Assembly (NCBI GenBank): GCA_038881595.1
Contig: JAVZPM010000001.1
Coordinates: 160,001-224,000 of the forward strand
Direction of reading: 5' to 3'
DNA length: 64,000 nucleotides
From: Candidatus Micrarchaeia archaeon
GTDB lineage: Archaea > Micrarchaeota > Micrarchaeia > CABMEP01
Below are positions 58,065 through 64,000 of the stretch, one piece after another; the first letter of the stretch is position 1, and each line of letters starts with the position of its first letter. Under the pieces are notes generated by a model. It had not been told where the DNA came from. It made no database searches and saw only the letters and a list, made by a program, of their open reading frames with translations. The position numbers and the translations under genes were made by a program.

Positions 58065-59876
58065 TTAAGCCAGCAAGGCATCAAGACTTTCAACCGCCTT
58101 CTTTACTCCAGATATTACAAATCCGATAGTTTCTCCTTTCTTCAAGAGGCATACTAATATAACGTTTCTTCCATTGTAAATTAATGAATCTCCTTCTGAA
58201 CCCTTCAATAAAATGTATCTGCTTTGCCCTTTGTCAAATTCAAAGGAAGCCATGTCGCTATTTGCTATTGCCTTTGCAGCTATAGCAGATATAAGATTGG
58301 AATCAACTTCTTTAGGCATCATCGAAGCAACAAGAAGTCCATCTTTCCTTACTGCTGCCACCCCATCAACCTTTCCTCCGCTTACAATGCTATTTAGAAC
58401 CTGCATTACTTCATTCTTGTCTATTACAACAGTTTTTATTCTTTTCAAGGCACCTTCTTCAATTGTAAGCGATTCACCAATGTGCTCAGACATATATCTG
58501 GTCAAAGCCCATTTTCTCCATCTTGAAGGTATGTCTGCCAGCATGCTTATTTCAATCTTATCATTTGTTTTCAGTAGTTCATCTATTTGGTTCCTCCATT
58601 TTGGCCAATTCTCTAAAATCTCTCCTTTACTTGTTAAGCCATCAATTGCAGCTTGAATGTCAATTATTGACTTATTTATCTGGGGAAGGTATTGTTCAGC
58701 ATTTTCTGGTGTCAACTCAAGCATGTATCTTTCCATCTTCTTTCTTTCAACTTGCACAAGTATCTCTTCATTTTCAGTATCTATTTTGTTTTCAGCAGCA
58801 TTCATTATTTTATCTTCAAGTTTATCTATCCATGCACTTGCTTCCTTTATCTTTTCCTTTGCAATCTCCATAGGAGTCATATAATACCTTTCTCCAAACA
58901 ACATACCTTTTATTATATCCATTAATGAATAGTAGAGAGAGATTATTCCTATTGATATTGCAAATGCACCTAATAGTTTAGGAACATTTGTTCCTAGCCT
59001 CACAAGAGTTTCCATATCTGTGCTGCCTGGAACTTCTTTAGTAAATATAATTATCACAACTCCAATTATAATACAAGCTATTCCAGTAGCAATCCAAATT
59101 AAGTTGTCTTTTCTTCCATGTCCGATGAAATTGTATACTTCTGTCATTAATGGTGTTTTCTTTATCATGCTAACTACATACGCACCTAATAAGGCAAGTA
59201 TCTCTAGATATATTAGAACGACTATAAATAGCAGTGTTCCATATATCGCAGAGGCAATATAGAAATCAAGATTTGCCTTTAGCACATTATATATTCCATC
59301 TGCTATTTTAGATATTGTTACAAAGAATGGGACATTCTTAGGATCTATTACACTTACCTCTAAATATGCAGACTGCGCATATTTTTCAACCCATGCCTTG
59401 TTTATTTCTTGAAACACAGTTGTCTTATAATAAATCGTTTTGCCTATATCCTCGCTTCCAGAGAATGTAAATTTCCAGCTTACAGCGATCGGAGGTTCAG
59501 ATCTAAGAAGCTCACTGTATTTTGGACTGAATTCTAGCTTATCTAAGCTTAATGCCAAAGAAGAAGGAATGGTTTCTCTAAGGGTTATGTCAGTTATTTT
59601 ATCTGTAGCCTTTGAAATTAGTGTTATCTTTACAGTAACTTCATTGCCAAGGTTCTTCTGAACAATTATTTCTCTTATCATTGTTATTGACTGAATTTCT
59701 TTTGGTGTGAATACATATATTATTTCATCCGGTATTCCATCGTTATTCAGATCTACACTTCTTTCACTTTGGATCGTTTCTTTCTCAGAAGGATAAACGT
59801 TTTTCTGCAGGCAGCCAGACATGAAAATGAATGAGAATAAAACAATCAATAATAATCCAAATTTTAGTCTTTTCAT
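58065..59876 (-). CDS. Lipoprotein-signal membrane protein with C-terminal Roadblock/LC7 domain
   Basis: SGC lipobox, DLNNDGIPD loop, 3-4 TM helices, coiled coil; C-terminal VDGVAAVRKDGLLVAS...SAIAA. Confidence 0.78.
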   Translation of the reverse strand: MKRLKFGLLLIVLFSFIFMSGCLQKNVYPSEKETIQSERSVDLNNDGIPDEIIYVFTPKEIQSITMIREIIVQKNLGNEVTVKITLISKATDKITDITLRETIPSSLALSLDKLEFSPKYSELLRSEPPIAVSWKFTFSGSEDIGKTIYYKTTVFQEINKAWVEKYAQSAYLEVSVIDPKNVPFFVTISKIADGIYNVLKANLDFYIASAIYGTLLFIVVLIYLEILALLGAYVVSMIKKTPLMTEVYNFIGHGRKDNLIWIATGIACIIIGVVIIIFTKEVPGSTDMETLVRLGTNVPKLLGAFAISIGIISLYYSLMDIIKGMLFGERYYMTPMEIAKEKIKEASAWIDKLEDKIMNAAENKIDTENEEILVQVERKKMERYMLELTPENAEQYLPQINKSIIDIQAAIDGLTSKGEILENWPKWRNQIDELLKTNDKIEISMLADIPSRWRKWALTRYMSEHIGESLTIEEGALKRIKTVVIDKNEVMQVLNSIVSGGKVDGVAAVRKDGLLVASMMPKEVDSNLISAIAAKAIANSDMASFEFDKGQSRYILLKGSEGDSLIYNGRNVILVCLLKKGETIGFVISGVKKAVESLDALLA

Positions 59877-59978
59877 CAGCTCACTGACAGAATATTTATA
59901 TTAGTAATCTATTCTAAGGAATGTATTTAAATTTAATTATAGAGAACTATATGTTGCTTTTAGATGCTAGTTGATTTT

Positions 59979-61250
59979 ATGATTGTAAATGCAGATCTTC
60001 ATCTTCATGGAAAATATTCAGGTGCCGTATCTAATGACATGTTGCCTGCAAAGATAGGAGAGCAGGCAAAATTAAAAGGACTTCATTTAGTTGGAACCGC
60101 AGATATACTTAATATGAAATGGATGGATGAAATTAAAAAGAGTCTTTCAGAAGAAAATGGAACATTCATACACTCTTCAGGAACGAGATTCATACTTCAA
60201 ACAGAAATAGAAGATGCCAATCGAGTTCATCATATATTATTATTTCCTTCAATTAGTAAGGTTATGGAAGTAAGAGAACGTTTATTTAAATATACCAAAG
60301 ACTTGGATACAGAAGGAAGACCAAAGGTTCATCTGAATGGAGAAGAGATTGCAGAGATCGCAATAGAGGCGGAAGCCCTGATTGGACCTTCTCATGCATT
60401 TACACCATGGACTTCTCTTTATAAAGAATACAGCTCATTCAAAGATTGTTATGGTAAGTATTCGGACAAAATCTATTTCCTTGAATTGGGTTTATCTGCA
60501 GATACAGATATGGCAGACAGGATAGAGGAAATAAAAGATTTGACATTCTTAAGCAATAGCGATGCACATAGCCCATGGCCTAATAAGATGGGAAGAGAAT
60601 TCACTTCATTTGAGATGCAGGATATATCATTTGAAGAATTGAAGCTGGCTATAATGAGAAAAAAAGGAAGAGGACCCGTTCTTAATGTAAAATTTGATCC
60701 AAGAGAAGGAAAATATCATAGGACAAGATGCATGAATTGTCTAGTATTCTATTCTCTTAAAGATGCAGAGTCTTTCAAATGGAGATGTCCAGTATGCCAT
60801 AAGCCAATAAAAAAAGGAGTGGCAGAAAGAATAGAGGAATTGGCAAACGGAAGAGAAACTATTCATCCAGAGCATAGGCCAAAATGTATACATATCATTC
60901 CGTTATCAGAAATAATTGCTATAGCACACAACGTAAAAAGTCCGTATTCCCAAAAAGTACAGGAAATATGGCGTAAGTATATTGAAAACTTTGGAACTGA
61001 AATAGACATCTTGATTAAAGCAGACATAAAGGATTTAGAAAGAATAGATAAAAAAGTTTCAGAATTAATTTCTTCTTTCAGAGAGAATAAGTTCAAATAT
61101 ATACCTGGAGGAGCAGGCCGATATGGAATCCCGGTTCCACCTGGAAAGAAAGCATCTTATAAAGTATGGAAAGGAAACAAGGTTGTCGAAGTAGATGTCA
61201 ATGATGAGGAGACATTTTCATCACAACCTTCAATAACCGATTTTATGTAG
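59979..61250 (+). CDS. PHP-family endonuclease Q-like protein (TIGR00375 type)
   Basis: DLHLHGKYS, P.HAFTPW, ELGLSAD, SNSDAHS, GKYH..RC..C...CP.C...IKKGV; C-terminal PIP box QPSITDF. Confidence 0.92.
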   Translation: MIVNADLHLHGKYSGAVSNDMLPAKIGEQAKLKGLHLVGTADILNMKWMDEIKKSLSEENGTFIHSSGTRFILQTEIEDANRVHHILLFPSISKVMEVRERLFKYTKDLDTEGRPKVHLNGEEIAEIAIEAEALIGPSHAFTPWTSLYKEYSSFKDCYGKYSDKIYFLELGLSADTDMADRIEEIKDLTFLSNSDAHSPWPNKMGREFTSFEMQDISFEELKLAIMRKKGRGPVLNVKFDPREGKYHRTRCMNCLVFYSLKDAESFKWRCPVCHKPIKKGVAERIEELANGRETIHPEHRPKCIHIIPLSEIIAIAHNVKSPYSQKVQEIWRKYIENFGTEIDILIKADIKDLERIDKKVSELISSFRENKFKYIPGGAGRYGIPVPPGKKASYKVWKGNKVVEVDVNDEETFSSQPSITDFM

Positions 61251-61342
61251 GCTAAGTATATAAAATAGTAATAAAAAACAGGCTACAATAAAAAATAGTT
61301 AAGCAAATTAAAATAAATAAAAGGAATTAAAAAAGTAAGAAT

Positions 61343-61597
61343 TTATGCGAAACTTTTCTTGTCAACAATTACATAGTCAGATGCTGCCAAGATTGCTGTG
61401 TATGGTATGTATATCAAACCCTCTTCTTTCTTCATTCTTCTCATTGTTGGGTTGTCTGGATTGGGTTCGACTACAAGCGTCTCGAGCTTGCCATTCTTCT
61501 CGTTGATCAATATATCAACCAATCTGCCTATCTCTTCACCGTCGTTTGTTATCAATTTTCTGCCTGCCAATTGGCGTGCTAATAGAAGCTTTACCAT
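61343..61597 (-). CDS. PRC-barrel domain protein (CdpB-like)
   Basis: LAGRKLITNDGEEIGRLVDILINEKNG and IPY..I.A..DYVIV patterns; AGGTGG RBS. Confidence 0.88.
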   Translation of the reverse strand: MVKLLLARQLAGRKLITNDGEEIGRLVDILINEKNGKLETLVVEPNPDNPTMRRMKKEEGLIYIPYTAILAASDYVIVDKKSFA

Positions 61598-61624
61598 GTG
61601 TCCACCTTTTATTAGTATTTATAT

Positions 61625-61661
61625 GTGAGATTTAAAAATCTATCTAGATTTTAAATCTCAC
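61625..61661. repeat. Near-perfect 17-bp-arm inverted repeat upstream of the PRC-barrel gene
   Basis: GTGAGATTTAAAAATCTA-TC-TAGATTTTAAATCTCAC (one bulged A). Confidence 0.75.
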
Positions 61662-61800
61662 TCGCCTCTAATTCTTATTTGCTGATATACATTTAAAATA
61701 TTATCTTTTTTTATTTTCATACAGTAATTAATCAGAACAAACTTAAAATGTAGAAAAGCAAATTTTTATATTATTTTAAACATATATTATGTTGTCCTTT

Positions 61801-61923
61801 GTGGGGATGGCAGAGCCTGGTCAAATGCGCAGGACTTAAGACCCTGGTACAGGCTTACTCCTTTATAGAAGTAAGAAATCCTGTGCCGTAGTGGCTACGT
61901 GGGTTCAAATCCCACTCCCCACA
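61801..61923 (+). tRNA. tRNA-Leu(TAA) with a 37-nt intron at 37/38 (61841-61877)
   Basis: GTGGGGA/TCCCCAC acceptor stem; CAGGA-CT-TAA-G^A-TCCTG; central helix CUUA/UAAG; long variable arm. Confidence 0.93.
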
Positions 61924-61977
61924 TTTTTTTCTTTAAGATAACGTTAATTTTAAATATCTAGCAATTATATTAACTTT

Positions 61978-64000
61978 ATGAATCATTCGAAAAGGTTTTC
62001 ATTTTTTCCTTTATCATTCATTCTAATTATCTTTTTCTTTCAATTAACATTTGCAGTATACCCAATTATTTCACAAAGTCAAAGAGAGGCAGTTCCAATA
62101 AACGAGTCTCTGAGGAGCGTGGAAGGAATTTATTCTGTTTTCCCATTTGTTGACTGTAGTTTAATACCTGAGAAATATGGTGGATTTGGACATTGTAATA
62201 ATTTCGTTGCTGATTTTTGCATAGATAACCAGTTTCATTTAAGTCAAAGTATTGTTCCTCTAACTTCTGAAGAAAGAATTGCAATGAAGAGCATAATAGC
62301 AAAATTAGAATCAGCGGATAATGCAGTTGTCTCTATGAAAAATAAACTTCTTAATCTTCTTGTTAAGAAAAACTGCACATATCAAATATTACTCTACGTT
62401 CCTTACGCTACGATATCGAATATAGTCGGAATATTACCTTCTATGGACTATGAAGGATTTAAGAGATCTCCAATTAAATTAAGTAGTTTTGTGGTTAAAG
62501 TAGAATTAAAATGCGAGGGAGTAGATATACCTATTTTCTCGAACCTTGTTGATTTTGTAGTAGATATTATTACCAGTTTTGACAGATATTTAGAGCTTCA
62601 GGCTGCAGCCTATGAAAATTCAGGAGAGGCATTGAATGAATTGTTTAATCTTGTTATTCAACAAGCAGATTCTCTTTATTATGAAGGTGCAGGATATTCG
62701 AATTACTCAACTTCAGCCTATAAATTCTATAATGAAAAGATAAAGTCATTCATCTATAAATCTAACCAAAATCAGATCGAGCCAACACAATCTGATTTGA
62801 ATTCTCGAGATTTCTCCTCATACTTTATATATGTGAGAAACGTTAGTAAGAAAGTAAGCTTAGAACGAGTGAACAAGCTTTCAAACTGTGAAATTGCAGT
62901 AATGTCATCTCCTCAATATATTGTAGCATTTAATTACTTAATAGATCTATATAGAGAGATTCAAGAAGCAAGGGCTACTTTAAGGTCGGATTATGATGTA
63001 GCAAAGTCGGAAGCAACACAGAAATTCATTGATGCACAGACAAGATACAACATTCTAATGAATGAGAAATATTGGCTTATCAATCAATCGATAGTAGCTT
63101 ATGCATTAAACGCATCCCAAGAAACAACAATGCAAGAAGGATTGGTGATACCTTCAGATTCTTTACTGCAAATTAAAGAACTATTGTACGGTTCAGGTTC
63201 GTCTACAAGTGTGAAGAATCTTTTAGATTCAGCAAACAAGGATACAGAAAATCAAGTAATATTCTATTATTCAAAAGGCATCGAAAAGTTTAGGAAAGCA
63301 ACAGAACTATCAAAATTTGCAATCAACAACTCATACAAAATAGAGACAGAATCCGATAATGTTCTAATTTCACTTAATGAAAAAGTAAGGTACAAACTTG
63401 AAAATGCATATAACAGTCTATCTAAATATCCAGTTTATGATGTCACATCAGCTTCAGCTTATGATTTGTTGAATAATAAATATCAAACAGCATACTCAAT
63501 ATATAATAATTATAATCCATCAAATACAACTAAAGGAGAAAGAATAGTTCACCTATATAATGCAGCATTAACGCTTGATGAAGTAATATCATTTGCTTCT
63601 ATAAAGTCATCAGATATCATAGAATTAAAAAAGAAATCGTTTAAAGAGGCATTAGATGAGTTAAATTTAACTATAAAGAAAGCACAAATAGATGAAATCG
63701 ATATTACAGCTGAACTCCAATTATTAAATTCTAAGGCTTTACTTTTAGGAATGAATATCAATAATATTTCATTTCTAGAAGATTCATTAAAGGCTCTTAT
63801 TCAAGCAAAAGAAGATATATATTCGAGAGCAGAATCAGTATATTCAGATATTCCGTCACTTAGGTCAAGAATTTATTCAATAATTAATTCTATTTCACCA
63901 TACATTAATACATATCAATACAAAAACGTGATTGATCAAATAGATAGAATGTATTTTATAGATAACAGTTTTAATCCAAAGAGATGTCTTGGAAACTATA
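61978..64000 (+). CDS. Large secreted helical hypothetical protein (3' end outside window)
   Basis: ATG at 61978; signal-peptide-like MNHSKRFSFFPLSFILIIFFFQLTFA; I saw no in-frame stop before the window end. Confidence 0.75.
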   Translation, partial: MNHSKRFSFFPLSFILIIFFFQLTFAVYPIISQSQREAVPINESLRSVEGIYSVFPFVDCSLIPEKYGGFGHCNNFVADFCIDNQFHLSQSIVPLTSEERIAMKSIIAKLESADNAVVSMKNKLLNLLVKKNCTYQILLYVPYATISNIVGILPSMDYEGFKRSPIKLSSFVVKVELKCEGVDIPIFSNLVDFVVDIITSFDRYLELQAAAYENSGEALNELFNLVIQQADSLYYEGAGYSNYSTSAYKFYNEKIKSFIYKSNQNQIEPTQSDLNSRDFSSYFIYVRNVSKKVSLERVNKLSNCEIAVMSSPQYIVAFNYLIDLYREIQEARATLRSDYDVAKSEATQKFIDAQTRYNILMNEKYWLINQSIVAYALNASQETTMQEGLVIPSDSLLQIKELLYGSGSSTSVKNLLDSANKDTENQVIFYYSKGIEKFRKATELSKFAINNSYKIETESDNVLISLNEKVRYKLENAYNSLSKYPVYDVTSASAYDLLNNKYQTAYSIYNNYNPSNTTKGERIVHLYNAALTLDEVISFASIKSSDIIELKKKSFKEALDELNLTIKKAQIDEIDITAELQLLNSKALLLGMNINNISFLEDSLKALIQAKEDIYSRAESVYSDIPSLRSRIYSIINSISPYINTYQYKNVIDQIDRMYFIDNSFNPKRCLGNY

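Overview
A 64-kb, AT-rich chromosomal window from an archaeon. It is probably a DPANN-type lineage, possibly Micrarchaeota-like; this is inferred from gene content, the 16S 5' end and the intron-rich RNAs, and is not proven. Most of it is housekeeping: polB, map, gdh, trmI, uppS, rtcA, truD, ychF, aCPSF1, psmB, topA, pth2, tmk, GGR, cdc48 and EndoQ. It also carries type IV pilus genes, a two-component pair, an aglB-linked glycosylation island, nine tRNA genes and a minus-strand 16S-tRNA(Ala)-23S operon with no linked 5S. The most striking feature is intron load. I traced 12 bulge-helix-bulge (BHB) type introns by hand, each of which restores the conserved RNA sequence when spliced: 3 in 16S, 3 in 23S and 6 in four tRNAs. 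One 16S intron encodes a classical LAGLIDADG endonuclease. Another (800 nt) encodes an XRE-HTH plus PD-(D/E)XK/Vsr-like nuclease with no stop codon inside the intron, so on the excised circular intron it would terminate only after reading across the ligation junction. Other candidates are a 23S mini-intron with a C/D-box kink-turn, an unannotated structured ~70-nt RNA upstream of rtcA, a membrane receptor-like Roadblock fusion, a PAP2-polyprenol kinase fusion, a REC plus degenerate-GGDEF regulator, and an inverted-repeat-bounded Cas2/VapD-like mini-gene. All family calls come from motif recognition by eye; no database searches were run.
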